Source: Tubiluchus corallicola
Taxonomy: Eukaryota; Animalia; Priapulida
Length of the DNA stretch: 64,000 bases
NCBI GenBank assembly: GCA_030141605.1
Contig: JAQGDQ010000004.1
Coordinates: forward strand, 992,001 to 1,056,000
Direction: 5' to 3'
Within the stretch, counting starts at the first letter, position 1. Each line of letters begins with the position of its first letter. The position numbers and the translations under genes are program-made. Shown here piece by piece: positions 35,571-53,944 of this stretch. The notes under the pieces are model-generated. The model was not told where the DNA came from. It ran no database searches and saw only the letters and a program-made list of their open reading frames with translations.

Positions 35571-38500
35571 CAAGAAAAAGGGAAGCAGTTGAAGCCTATA
35601 CGTTTTGAGTTAAGATATTTGTTCCACCTAATTCGAAATAATAATTTACTTAATTCGTTTCTACGCAAAAATTTTCACTTTGTACTTGCATGTATGTTTC
35701 CAATATTAAATTGAAGTCTCGCTTGGACAGCTATAGGAGCTTAGGATTATCTCTAATCTTGCTGCAAAATCACAGGTTCATGTAGCAAGGAAACAATGGA
35801 AACACCTTAATTAATGTGTCTATAATAACGTGCACACACCTTTCCCCGCCTATTCCGTTTTCTAAAGATCAACCTTACAGAAGGATTTCCTCCCTTTTTC
35901 CCTCCCAATCAATGCTTTCTGTAGTAATACGTGCGCAGGTGCGGCAGAACAAACGACGGACAGATTTGCATGCATATGAAACTTGCTAAATTAATCCCCG
36001 CATTGGTGATTTGATTAAAAATATCCTTTCTCTTTATTTGCCCGTCAAATTATTGCAAATATCGCACAATGCCCCTGGGATTTCTGAGCACGGATCGCAA
36101 GCAGTTATTGAATTTATCTGTACAAAGTGTCGTGCCTTTGATATACAGGGAATGGATGTGATGTTGTCTTACGCAGGACGATGGGAGCTAAAATTCAATT
36201 TCTTCCACTTTCGCAGCTTCCCTAGATTTGATTTACTTTCAGTGTGCGCGAGTTTGCGGCTTGCTGAAAGGAGGGCTGACTTAGTCTGACTCGATAATCA
36301 TACTTCTCGTAGTAATGGGTAGGCCTATGCCGTAAACCTAAGGTTATTTGCTCAACAAAAGCAAAAACCAGATCAAATTCCGGAACTGATTCGAATCCAT
36401 GCTCATTTTTGCTTCTTTGAATATGAAGTCTTTTAATGTATTAATTAATCGATTTCCGCGCTACAGGGACTTGTATGTGCTCTCTTACCTAGGACCAAAT
36501 TTACCTATAGGCTAGACGGCTCAGGCATCGTCTTCCATGACGGGAGAAAGTCGCATATCAACTCTGGCTATTGGTATAATTTTGACTGCGTATACTGTCT
36601 CTAATCTCTAAAAGAATTTTTCTTCAGTAATTTTCTACGAATCTGGAAACCATAGATGCTCCATTTTTTCCTTTCTAACTATTAAAGGTTAATTTTACTG
36701 CCGTGAAAAACTAAGTGAATAATGAGTACTTTTTGCAAGCTGTAAGTGTCACACTGTCACTGTCAAATACTCGTGATCATTTTTAGTAACATTTCCCCAA
36801 AAATAAAATTCGTCAGCTCAAGGTATTTAAGGAATTTAAAAGTTAATTTAAAATTTTATTTTTCGGCTAATTTCTGCTTGTTCGCAAAGTTCACTTTTGC
36901 AAAATATTTTCACAGTGTTTACTTTAATATATTTTACGCATTTTTATATTCACTGCGGTATTTAGCAATGTCGTCTTATATCCTTTTTAGGAGGAATTGT
37001 GATTAGAAAGAATTGTGCATTGCCTTATTTTATTGAACACCTGTCATTTCCCTCGGCTTCACTCAGTTTTGTTTAGAAAGCTCCTCCACTTTTCTCTTGC
37101 CTTGAGAGTCGGGGTTGGCGGGGCCCGTCAGAGGTTGGGTGGAGGCTTCATAAGTTAAACAGCCTGGAACATCTTTTCGCTTAAACGCTGGCACCTAGTG
37201 TTCACTATTCACGTCCATTCTAAATTAAGCGTATTTTATAACACGCCTTTACATTCATTGACATGACGTTTGCACAACAAATAATATCTGTAAGATTTGA
37301 AAAAAATATTAATTTTATGTTGTATTAATTTACCCATACGAGTTTCTACACATAGTCACCAGAAGGCTAGCAAACTAATGCCGTTCACAACGAGCACACA
37401 AAATACATGAAAATTGATTAGGCTTATTGTTGATTACGTTGTTCAACTGTAGTTGTTCATTAAAGCGTCATCCCGAAATTAAACGACCTATAGTTATTTT
37501 CTTTCTTTATCTTTAAAATGTTTTATTTGCCAACTTTAAGCTTTTACTAAACAAAACTGAAGTGTGTCGGCGGGTTTACGTCATAGTCACGCGGTACCGT
37601 ACAAACAGATTTAGGAATAACACTTAAAACGTGAAAACTTAATTAGTAGAAAATTATAATAAATAATTTCGTAATGCACGTTTCATGAAACTCAATTAAA
37701 CTCTATGTTTCTTGTCATTTAACAGTTGTGTGACTAGCGACATGCACGGTGTGCCAAAGGAATCCGTAATTTTGGAATCTATTACTTAACCGAAATAAGA
37801 CGATTTTGCATCTAGATTCCCCAGAACTTTCTTGCTATCGAAATGGTGTCAAATAGGCGGAATTGGGTTCAATCCTGCCACTGGCCACCAACGAGTTTAA
37901 ATGAAACAAAGAACAGTAATGAAACAATCGACAAAACTGGGCAATTTTCTCTTCTGCCGCTCGATCTCAGCTGTTTCTCAGCCATTTAGTTGAGTTGCAA
38001 ACAACGTCGGAGCAACGTACAGATGGGCCATGCAATGACGCTTCGCTGACAAATTATGGAGCGCTTAATTATGACAGTGTCGGGAGTGATCACATTATCC
38101 TAGAGTCCATCTGGGTCCTGGTTTGCCTAATTGCGGTGCCTCCGTCCGTGCTTAAACGAATGATGCGCTAAAGAATTCGTTTGACAAGAAGCCAAACTGC
38201 CTAGGCGTGCGCAGTAGCGACATAAAAATACTGGTGAAAAGTCGCATAAATGCAATAAAAGAACTTGCGTATGTATGCGTGTATTGTTAAGTATTAAAAT
38301 GTAAAACAGTAGTTTAGCTTCAACCATTCAGTTAATTCCCCTAACATATCTTATCCCTCTATACATACTGGTGAATGATAGCGATTAAAAACAGATAAAA
38401 CATGCAAAACCCTGGTGAGGTATATAAATTTTCTATGACTAGCAGGTGTATTTTCCATGACAATGGCACGCAGGTGCAAACATTTGTTACTGTTCAATTA

Positions 38501-39769
38501 GCAAAGAGTAGATTCGTGATAAACGACAAGCAGATGTAACAGCAAAAATATATCAAAAGAAGCCAAACGCTCGTCAACAACTTGGCCTAAATTTTTAAAG
38601 AAAGCACCAGTCAAACGATAGTGAACATTTACTTGCCTTTTTACTGCACTTACATAAGATTTGAATACGTAATATAATTTAGGTATGTAGAAATATGCAG
38701 GTAATATCTTTTTAGGAAAATAGCCAATATAAGTTTTTATTACTGTATTTTTTTCTTCCCGTATCAATTCATTATCCCGGTCAGCATCAATATCAGAAAG
38801 GAAAGGTTCATGTGTCCAGACAAAAAATATTGCTTCTCTGAAATAGGCATATGCCCACTGCACCTGAAATTTTGACAATGACGAATTGCACAGTAGACAT
38901 TAGATTTTGGTCAGTTGAATCCACTAACAACAACAATGGCGGTATTATTTTTAACAGATGAAAATTTGCAATATCTTACAATATGATGCAATACAATAAT
39001 TTAAGTGATGCGTTACAGAAATGGATGAAATGCAGAATTAGTATGCAAGTCTATGCATGCTGGCTGCGTCCATAACGTCATGCAATTTATTCACAATATC
39101 CGGGCAGCCTTTGCAAGTGACCTGCATAACAAACGAAATTTTGTTTTACAAATACTCCTGTTATGCCGTTTTCCTGGGTATAGACGTACGTAAATTTTGT
39201 CATACAATAAATTGGAAAATGGAAAAATAAACCTGACATTCAGCCCGAGACTTCATGCCTACTACACGTGAGAAAACAGCTAGTGTGAAAAAGAACAATA
39301 CATTGTCTATATAAAATCTTACGAAAGAAAAAGATTCCATACTGCATGATAATTAAATTTCAGTAGACAAAGGCCTGCAACTATTGAATTATCTCAAGGT
39401 ACTCAAGTAAAACGCAAATCGCATAACGGTCATGCATCCGCTGTCTCTTAAACCAATTAATACATTAATGGTTAATGTGCATTGTATACATACGTGATGC
39501 AAATTGTTGGCATAATGAATAATATAATACTCTAGTGTATGATGTATATGAACAGGTTGCATGTTGTAGCGAAAAGTTTTTGAGCACCAGCTGTTGTTTC
39601 ATGCCAGTCATATTATCAAACCTATATCATCAGTTGCCGCCTAACTTTACGATTTCGTGACAATGTTCCCTGTTTTGCGAGTCTTCGCACAAAAAAGAGC
39701 TAACATTGAATATCAGACACAGATTGAAAGACAGGGTATTATCTGTATATGAGACCGATAGAAGATAAT

Positions 39770-40600
39770 ATACAGCTGTGAAAAAGAATCATTTTAAGAA
39801 TAACAATATAACAAGAACAAAAAGTAAAAAAGTGACAAACTCAAAAGAATTATCGGGCAAATAACCACTCTAGAAAAAGAACTACTAAGAAATAAAGCCT
39901 GCATAAAAGAGTAATTGTTAGTAAATGGTCGCCGGCAAAAACTATTAAAATTCTGGAAGAAAAGTCGGTAGCAAAGTGACCATCCATGAAGAAAAATCGC
40001 CGAAAAGGAGACGAGACTAGACGAAAAACTTCTCGCTACGAATGAACCACTTTAAAAGAATAATTTCAGGTAAACGATCGTCTCAAAAAATCTTTGAGCA
40101 AATGACAAATCTGAAAAAAAGAATCACTGGACGAGATGAACACTCTAGAAGAAGAATGGGTAGTGATCACTATTTTTCTGGGAAACGATCACCCTGGTAA
40201 ATAACTTGAAAATGATCGCTGGTTAAACTACAATCGTGAAATGAGTCTCCGCATGACCACCATACAAATGGCTCTCAAAAAGAAGACTACTGAAGTTTGT
40301 GCAACGAGAATAGCTGAGTAGTCACGGCGCCTGCTTAACAATTAAATTGTCTTGGCAGCTGAATAAACGACAACTCAGTAAAAGTACTACAGTATTAAAA
40401 AAGAACTATCATTTTTACTATCCTGTAAAATGGAACAATTTACCAAAGAAACAGATGAATGGAAAAGACGATGTGAAAAAATGTTACGGAATAAATAACC
40501 ATGAATATCGGAAGCAACTTGAACAGAAAGAGAACTATAAAGAGAAGCACTGGGCAAATCATGCTGGAATCAATTTGCGAACCATTATGAAACACGAAAC
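39770..40600 (+). repeat. Highly degenerate A-rich minisatellite-like region
   Basis: Recurring motifs ATAACCACTCTAGAAAAAGA, ATGAACCACTTTAAAAGAA, GAATCACTG and ATGAACACTCTAGAAGAAGAA. Confidence 0.5.
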
Positions 40601-41701
40601 TGAATTTTAACCCATTTGCCGTTTTTTTAATGTGGGGTAGATGTGGGGATGACGTATCTGATTCAATGTGGAACTAGTCTTCAGATGCATTCTCAAAGCA
40701 TTGAGCATTACTTGTTTGAGCATTTCCTGTTTGTCAAACATTACTTTTACACTTTTTTGTAATTATGCGTGTTTAACATCTAGGTGATGTTACATCTAGG
40801 TCATGTAGGTGATGCTACATTCTAAAACATGGCATGTCGAACCACTCATTCCTGTCCATCGGCACTGCCCACGATGCATCATTCCTCAAACCTACAGTTG
40901 TATTTGCAAAATCTTTTTGCAGCATATCTATATCAGAAGTTGACCCACTCTCGACTTTTTGTCGTTTCAAGAGTTTTACGCAGTGCTATGAGCAACGCCG
41001 GATTATGACCTTTTAGGTTAGTGGAATTATGGGGAGAATCATCCTCTAACTTGTCTGCACTCGTCTTGGATATTTTTACTCGTGATATTTTAGCGACATT
41101 TGCATAGCATGAAATAAACTTTTGTTGCAATTCTTTATCTTTAAATAAATTAGAATAGCTATCTTCTTTTTGTCAATAAAATATTTTTAAGAAATACCAC
41201 TATTTTATCATTTATTGCAAACTAAATTACCGAATTACCAAATTGCAAACCGACTTACAATGCATCACAGTAATCGTTGGCACAACAGGTGGTATGTAAT
41301 TCTTGAAAGAATGCTTAATGGGGTGAGCGTTATAATCCCCAATGCACGAGACATGACTGGATTCTGTTTTTTCAACAAGTGCATTCAATTTACCTATGCA
41401 ATATGCATAGCCTGAATTCATCTAAGTTATCGTCAGCTTCATAGGGAAAATACACATTGCAGAGCACTTGCGGCATGAGTTTGCCAGGTAATTTTATGGA
41501 AAACCCCATGATTACATATTCTTCCTCAAATGTTAAAATATTATACTTGCCAGGTAGTGACGTGCTAGACTGCTAGACCCCGTGAACCTACCCTCAAGTA
41601 TCCCTTTGGCTAAATCAGTATGTGCCACACCTCTACTGTAGAAAAGAGGATGCGAGTTAGATAGATGACCTAAGTCTTGTTTGGGCAGCATTGTTTCCTG
41701 C

Positions 41702-41742
41702 AGAGAAAGAGAGAGACAAAGAGAGAGAAAAAGAGAGAGGGG

Positions 41743-41818
<76 letters not shown>

Positions 41819-41850
41819 TCTGATAAAGACGGAGAGAAAGAGAGAGGGGG
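41702..41850. repeat. (GA)n microsatellite
   Basis: Directly visible. Confidence 0.95.
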
Positions 41851-41949
41851 AATCAACAATTGTGCATTGTACACTTCATAAAAATGTGTAGAGCTTTTTG
41901 TTTCTGTTAAAGTAGTGTCTTCGCTGATCACATATTAACAAAGCCCACT

Positions 41950-42299
41950 TCTGATTGGTTGCTTACAGGAAAACCGCGCGGTTCTTGTAAAAAATCGCTC
42001 AGAGAGCAATAAGCGCGGGAAACCGCGCGGTCAATTATTTGGCCGCGAGATTTCCCGCATTATGTATGAACGACACCATTTGAAGTAATAAAATGTTCCG
42101 GGGGAGGGGGGTGATTATATGTGCTCTATAAAAAAGTGTGTTTTACTAATTCTTTGTATAATGCTATCTTTACGTTGTTCTCATATATTTTATATAGAAA
42201 AAATCCTGAAATAAAAGTTTAAATTCAAATTAAATTCATAGAGCAATTAACAGCGCGAAACCACGCGGTTTCCTGCCTTATGTATAAACGGGCCATTAG
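41950..42299. mobile_element. Duplicated end of a probable PIF/Harbinger-like non-autonomous element
   Basis: Two diverged direct copies (GAGCAAT..GCGC..AAACC(G/A)CGCGG..TTTCC..TTATGTAT(G/A)AACG..CCATT) at ~42003-42080 and ~42241-42297. The end reads GGCCCGTTTATACA on the minus strand, resembling Harbinger TIRs. Confidence 0.45.
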
Positions 42300-44469
42300 C
42301 GAATGCCAAATCCAATGCAATGTTCTAACATCCTACGAAACTACGTAAAAGTAGCTAACGGAGTAGCTTCCCAGTATTCTGAAGGCACCAAGAGCACAGC
42401 TATTCACAGCATAATGTTTTCTACAGATCTTACGCAATGTTAGCTTTACATTTGCTGAACAAACAACTTCGACTACTTAATAAAATCATTGTCATTTTTC
42501 TCATGTAGCTTGCGCATTAATTCATTAAGTCCTAATGGTTTACTCATGCAGTATGCAAAGGTTGCAGCACCCCTATGTGTAAGACATTATTGTCTCAGTA
42601 AAGTTGTTTACATCATGTTTTTATAATTACGTAAAGGTACGGGTACAGCAGTATATACTGCATTATAAAATAACGATTCGATAAAAACATCATTAAATCA
42701 TTTAAAATAAATTTAATTACTCCTCTTTGAAACTACTGCAGACAGAAAGTTCCATATGTTACTTTAATAGTTAATAGCAATAAATAACGACATTAATAAT
42801 TTATAAACTGAGTAAAAAATATTGTCATTAGATCATTAAAGGAAATTTTGAAATTTCAGGGAATTGAACCCACTGAATTTTACCTGTTATTGGTGAATAC
42901 TCATTATCAATTATTTTTTAAATGCTCACTCACTCAACCACCATCTGTGAACTTTGGTGAGACAAAAATTAGTTCACGAAAAGCGTATAAAAAAACTACC
43001 GTAGAAGAAAAGATGCTAATTTGAATATGCTGAAACAGACTCTTTTTAAGTTTTTAGAAACAGGTTAAGCTATGGCGCCAGTCTTGAACCAGCCAAGGCA
43101 GCCCTGAGTAGGAATAGCAGCACTTCCTGGATCTCAACTTTTAAACCACTCGGCTGTATTCAGCACGTCTAATATTGTAGCAAAGTTTATAAGAGCTTGG
43201 TTGTAAGAGCATCTTACAAGATGCTGGGAAAAGTCTCAGCTTGGGAGAAAAAATGCTACCTCAACAGCTGTGAAATACGCAGCTTGCTAATTCCTACAAT
43301 TCCAGCGTTTACAGGCTAATGTGTGTTTAAAAATTTAACAGAACCAAGTAAAACGGCGCTACAAGTCTGTTAGAGCTCTCAGCATTTGCCTACTTGGCAC
43401 CCAAAGGCTTAATTTGGTTAATACCAGTGGGTAAATTCCTTTGCTAGCACAGCTGTAAGTATTGAGTCATTTTATATTTATCAATATAGATATTCCCAGC
43501 ATCAGCTAATTCTCCACTCCAAACGTTGCCTTCAAGGCAAAGAATGCGTTTTCTACACTCTTCACCCCATTTTTCTCATTTGAAAAAACTGTCTACCTCG
43601 AGAGCAATGCAGAACTCAGGTGTACCTAAAATTTTTAATTTTCTCCACAAGATTGAAAAATTTTGAATTTTCATGAAGACAGCACACACAGCAAAACCAT
43701 TTTAGCCTAATACCTCTCTTTGAGACATGCACATCTGAATCAACATTATCAATATTGTATCGCGGACTGTTTGAAATCAAGCTTAACTTGGCATAAATAC
43801 CAAAAAGTTCAATACGGCATGAGTACGAATGCACATGGTCCCGCATTGAACCAGGAAAAGATCAATAACACCAGATAGATTATATGTTAGCCCGGTGGGA
43901 AAGTGACAAATTTTGTGGCGGCTCAAGTTAAAGGGAGTTAAGGAACTGCGTAATGCTCAGTGGGTTAATGGCTGGAACCACCTTTCAATAGTCAAGTAAA
44001 AGTCGCGCTAAAGACATTTTCCTGACTGCGGAACGCCAAAAAATTCACTTTACGTAATAAAGGAGCAAGAAGGGAAACTTACAGTGACTGAAAACAGGGC
44101 AAGTAAATAACAACCCGGGACGTAACCTGCGTAGCGGGTAGGTTTAAATGGTGGATAATTTAGATGAGTCTGAGTCTGCCTGTTGTTCAGTCAGAGCCAA
44201 ATATGCTATTGTTTAAATCGTGTATGTAAATAATTGCATTTGTGTAAATTAGTAATGCTAGTACGTACATTCAGATAATTATAATTATATAATACTTATA
44301 ATTATATTTACCATACGGCTATTTTTATTCAAAGCAGATAATCTGACATATCCCGCTAAATACGAATCTGTTTCTCTTTTATTTATTTGTCTAGTACACT
44401 AGCTCTAAACAATTAGTTTTAATTAATGCCACTGAAGAAATTTGTTCTAAATCTGCAGATAAGGAGCTA

Positions 44470-45050
44470 ATGTTGGCTGATGTCTACTGAGGCTTTGCAA
44501 AAGCTTTTGATGCCGTGAGCAGTGGACCTGTACGCAGCAGAAATTATAACCCGGTGGTTTTAGAAGTACTGCATTATTTTGTTGACGTTTGGATGGTTAT
44601 ATGCAAACAGATCTCAAACGTCTAATGGCAGTAATATTTCTGAATAGATTAAAATAGCTTAAAGAGCATCTCAGGTGTCACGGTTTCACCTATGCAGCAC
44701 TTCAAAGTCCAAAGGCATAGGCTTACTACTTGCAGGTGATATTGTTATTTAACTAATGTTTTAAGCAGTACGTCGACATTGTTTATCAGTAAATATATGT
44801 CTAAATGTTAATAAAACAAAATATATTGTATTTCGAATAAACACCTCAAGCAATCATAATGCTTAATCTAAGAAGAGAGAGCATGTTGCATTGCAATTGT
44901 CCAACATACTAAATTTCGGATTGTCTTTCTTTGGGAACATTTAAATGGTCAAAATATCTAATAATTTTGGACTAAAGAAAACAACTGTGAAAAAGTATAT
45001 GCGAATCGCAAACTTAATTCCTAATGCCAAGAATAATTACAGTTAATGAA
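44470..45050 (+). mobile_element. Highly decayed CR1/L2-like RT fragment
   Basis: Peptides VY*GFAKAFDAV, NRSQ, LAGDI (FADD position) and NKTKYIVF occur in collinear order. Confidence 0.6.
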
Positions 45051-45809
45051 AGATTACGCAATCACCAAAAAGAGAAATAATTCCACTGAAACCACCAATG
45101 TGTGGTTTATCTTCAGGTGAAAGATTAAAAAAATAAAAACTCGTGCTTGAAAAATTACTAAAATATTATTTTTAGAGCGTAATACTATGAACACATACAA
45201 GGATATAACCCCAATCCAAATAGCATTTAGTAATTTTAATAATCACAGTGGCTTGGAACATTGTATTCTGTCTTTTTCCGAACATATAGGAATAATAGGT
45301 CATATAGGACAATAAGAACTTTATATAATGTGTAAGAACTGTAATAATGTGACATTGCATTGTAGTAATAGTCCGTGCTAAAATCACCGTTGCATTCTGT
45401 GCCGTTAAATTTTAATTATAATTTTAATAAAAATATAATTAGAAGCATTATAAACTGAGTCTCGTTAACTGCAAAGTGCTAGAAATTACATACTATTTTT
45501 TTTCGAAACCGTCTAAAATTTAAAATCAAACATTACAAATGAATCTTTAGCTCAATACTGTATGACAAATACAACTACAAACATCATCTATCTAACATTT
45601 ACTGTATCTGTGGCCATGTCCTAACGGAACAGATTGTGGCCTGGAATTAAAACTTTTAATTCTGTACAGTGCATATGTCCGAGTGAAATTAGAGTACGAA
45701 AAAAGTATTTTCGTGGCATATAATAACTTTTAATTCACAATGGAAAGATATTGGTATCGTATTGATTACGATTTTACTATCTACTTAGTAGCGCCAAAGA
45801 TGAAACTTT

Positions 45810-45957
45810 ACATTATATTGTTGTTGTTGTTGGTGGTGGTTGTTGTCCTCGTCGTCCGTGTTGTCGTTGTCATCGTCTTTGCCGCTGCGCCGTTCCGTCG
45901 TCGCCGTCGTCGTCGTCGTCGCCGCCGCCGTCGTCATCATTATTATTATTATTATTT
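45810..45957. repeat. Compound (TTG)/(GTC)/(GCC)/(TAT) trinucleotide tract
   Basis: Directly visible. Confidence 0.9.
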
Positions 45958-48900
45958 GTAGTGGAGTTGCATTGAAAAACCGCAAAACTCAATTCATTGG
46001 CACTTATCACCCGATATTCACATACATAACGATAATCAACTAATAACACCAATTATTTATACGAGTCGTGAGAAGCCAGACCTGAGTTACCTCTCTCACG
46101 CCTCTACTTCTAAAGGAAATTACACCTCTAGCTGACTGCGAAAAACATGTACGCTCATAGTTCTCAGATTTAACTCGTACTCGGGTTTATAATTTCTTCG
46201 CATTTATTCGATTGGTTAATATATAGGTGGCATTTAGGTGCGCTAATTAATTTAATTAGATTTGCTGCTGCAGAAAATCTGCTTACTAGAAGCTTTTTTA
46301 CAACGAAGTCGCATATGGCAAGTAATTAACTAAGCTAGCATCACTGTTTGTTACCTCCCTTTAACACATGCTCTCTGATTAAAACAACAGCAACTATTTT
46401 TACACATTATTAAATTGGGAGCAAATAATTGACCATGTCACGAAACATGTGCGCATGATAATGAACAGGTAAAGATAACATCTACTCTCAAATGCCATTT
46501 AAAGTGCTAGATGAGAAACTATAATGTTCTTTGCCTGGCGTGCTTTTTTCTTCTTTGCCTATATAGTAATATTTGCTGTTTTTCCATTTCACTTTCTCTG
46601 CTAGCCTTCTTCCCCTTCTCTTTCCTCCTTTCGTTTTTTCTCTTCTCTCTCATGAAAGGATGCGAAATAATATCATCGAAAACTGAAAAAAGAAAACAGA
46701 TTTCGTACTAATCTTTGTATATCTAACGAGAATGTACTACTGAAAACTTGAACTTTGCACACAGGCGTTAGTGTTCTGCATAATTGGGTAAATCTTCAAT
46801 AATTTCAACAAATTTAACTGGAAACTGATCTAACCGCTGTCTTGCATAATGCACACTCTGTCATTCAACAACTTTTAAAAGCAGTTTTGTTCAAGACCGT
46901 GTGCAAACAAAGAGGAAAAGTTAAATCGGAATTATTTATGTCAAGCGGACTTATGTAAATGAAGAGCCGAATGGCTGTGACAGGTCCGCTAAAAACTTGT
47001 TTATAAAGTATATTCTGTCATCTGCACAGAGCATAACTTAGCTCCAACCATCGACAGCTCTCAGTATTAAACATTAAAATGTTAGCTACTGTCTTAGCCA
47101 GCACGCCAGATCAATGGATTTAGTTGTTAGTAAAAAACGCAATTTAATCGTAAAACTGTTGTTATTGTCAGTTGCACGAGGCGCTGCGCATAGAGCGAGA
47201 TTAAAACACAAAACCCGGATTAAGCGCCCTACCAAGGGTTAATAAGAATGACTTATCAAGATTTAATTATTAAGATTTCAGACCTTGTTTTTGACCGTAT
47301 GAATGTATCAATTATGTGAGAAGTACGAATGCATACACGAGTACCATTTTTAGGACACATTCATCAAATCTGCTAGTTGTATTCCTGTACACTAGCTTTT
47401 TAGTGTCGCAGGAATTGCTTAAAAATAACCGTGTTTGTTTTTCCATGCGAAGGGTCTGTGTGTTCAATTCCACGACCAGTCTTAAGAAAGACAAAATTTT
47501 ACAGCTATTTCCTCTACAAAGAGCATAGATTAGTCGAATTTGGATTGTACTGGATTGTTAATATGAAAGTCGCACCGAATATGTAATATGTATTTTGGTA
47601 TGCCCAAATCTGCAATTTTTGCACTTTGCCCCTTATCTTGAAAACACAAGAATAACACCTGCGCCAAAGTTGCACTTTTCTCTGCTCCGTCATTACCACC
47701 AATAATCTTTTCTTTATGAAAATTAACATTAAAATGAACAGGAAGAGGAAGTGCGTGTATTTAGCCCTGATAACCCTCTTTCACTTATTCTTATTATTAG
47801 CACACTGATTAAAGCATTCCATATTAGGAAGTTTTTGTCTGCTCAGGTGCCAGGTGGAATACACCAAGTTCCGACTGGTCTACCAACAGGTGCAAGAAAA
47901 ATACCTGCATTATCCCATGCACTTCAAACCCACCTGGCTATTAGCTTATTTTGTTAACTGCAACGACTTTCCCTTTTTACAATGTAGCAGTCTTAAATGT
48001 CAATTCTCCATTCAAGAGGGAAATCATGTATAGGAGCATATAGCTGCATCTGATAAATCGCAAATTTTACGCCAGAAAACTTAAGTTAGTAAAGTTTATC
48101 AGAGCACATAATTTTTTATTCACTCCGCATAACTACTGTTGTTATGTTAGCACATAAGTGGCTATTGTTTACTATATTAACTTTACTTGGTTTTAAGCAC
48201 ATTATTAGAGTTCACATATAGCACATATAGCAATATAGTAATCTGTATTTTATGTATTTAATATATCAGTTGGCCAAACAGCCAACTAAAAGAAAGTTAA
48301 TTAAACGAAACATTTTTGCGAAAGTGAAGAACTATTTACAACTTATCCAGTATTCATGTATGTTCAACACACAAAAAAATGAATGCAATATAGGTTTTCA
48401 AAATTGTCGTGTTATTCAAACTTTCGGAAGATTCTTAAGATGCTAAGAACACACACATAGTACGGGTCATCAATTTTCACCCTTTTTTCTTACCTGATAA
48501 TGAAAGTAAAACTAGCTGCTGACAATTTTAATTGAGTTATTGATACGCCTGCCTCTGTATAGTGGTCGTAGAATACTTGCGTATGTTCTCAGTCGATGAC
48601 ATCTGCGGCGGGGTCCAGATATTCTGTAGCGAAAGACCTAACAGTAATTCGATGTCAGTTATAATTTCGTTCTTACGTGTCCCAATGGATGAATGATCGA
48701 TTTATTGTACTGCTGCAAAAAAGAAAAGCTGTCAAGATAGAAAAAGGGACTATTATTTTAGGATAAAACGGTCGAACTACTTGGGATAAGACAAGATGGA
48801 CGGCAGCTGAATAAAAATAAACCAAGTTTGCCAATGTGTTTTTGGTAGAACTTATGAACACTTTCGCTGGAGGCGTAATTCGGGCGTTACTGCCATTTTT

Positions 48901-49269
48901 ATAGTAATTTGACCTATAATTTACTATAGAATGTATAATTACAGATTTTCTCAAGAAGAGCTGTCACCTGTATGGGCTCGTATACCACTTGTATTCATGT
49001 ATTAGATAAAATACAAAATTACATCCCGCAGACACCCGTAATTGTACACATGCGTTAAAAGAAATCAGTGATTACCGAAGTAGATCCTAACAGACCTGAC
49101 TCGGGTGTTCAGCAGCAGAAAAATGCCGAGGAAGGATCTCCTTAGAGTTGGAACTTGCAACACTGTAATTCATTGTAAGTCTGCCAGCTAAACAGTTATT
49201 CCAAGTCAAATCAGCTTCACCGTTTGTAAGCGTTGACGTAACAAAGGTTTTTTCTAATCTCAATCAGTT

Positions 49270-49656
<387 letters not shown>

Positions 49657-49779
49657 CGTTGATAAGCGCGGCATGTATTGGTGTGATACTGAGTTTTGTA
49701 TCACAAACTTTATAAAATCTTGAAGTATATTTTTATTTTTGTATAAGTTTTAACATATTTCAATTTTCTTTTTAGTAAT

Positions 49780-53117
<3,338 letters not shown>

Positions 53118-53944
53118 AGGGCTTATCCATGTTAGTTTCAGCATAAATGTCAGGTAAATCAAAGTAAAAATAAAGTGCTCGTTAAAGTTTTTATTTTGGC
53201 GCCAGAACGCACTTTTTTTCAAATGAAATGTGCTTGCCACCTGACAGGTGTAACTGAATTAAACAACCTATAATAAACGTCAATTGAGGTGCAGTTTACA
53301 ATTAAGGTGCGGCGTTACAACAACAGGCCGGTGGACAACCTGGTTCACTAACAAACTGTTCATCTTACATTGCGCTTAAGTTGGCTCATCTCACGTGTGA
53401 ATGCTTTTGTACTGCGAATAATGTAGTAGAGAGAGTTTTTTCAGACACACCACTTAACAAAGTTTTAGTGATTCTGATGCAGGTCTGAGTATCTTATTTA
53501 GATTTAACCTTGTGTTTCTCTTGAGACTGATTGCCATTAGGTAGCTGAAATTTTGAGTTTATTTAATAATAAATCATCTCTTGTACCCATATTTAACTGC
53601 TTCAGTAAGTTTGCAAGTGCTAATATACCAATATAGTTGTTAAAGACTTAAAGTGTTATCTACTTAAACTGTTAATATGTTTAATGCTGAACATAATGTA
53701 GGTGGCACACACACGGTTTTTGCGTAACATATTTTTCAGAAAAAGTGGCTTATTGTTAATATTAATATATTTATGTGTAGTTAGGTAGGTAAAATTTATA
53801 TTTACATAAACATAGTAAGTCGCTATTTCGCTATAGTATAATTATTTAAAATGAATAAGTTACGATGTCAAAGGAACGTCATTGTACTATGTGTCAAAGA
53901 AAACGTATTAATAGCTCTGACTAATATTGGGCGAACAAACGACT

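Noticed and set aside
37855-37890. B-box-like GGGTTCAATCC (also on the minus strand near 42860) as tRNA or SINE
   Set aside because: No A-box or cloverleaf.
38498-38878. 126-aa minus-strand ORF with a possible acceptor TTTCAG
   Set aside because: No recognisable domain, AT-rich non-coding-like second half, and no convincing donor.
39725-39750. TGAAAGACAGGGTA, resembling miR-71
   Set aside because: The 3' half diverges and there is no complementary arm.
49033-49110. CACCCGTA (miR-100/51 seed); also CCCTGAG (miR-125 seed) at 16051
   Set aside because: No pre-miRNA-like hairpin at either site; 7-mer matches are expected by chance.
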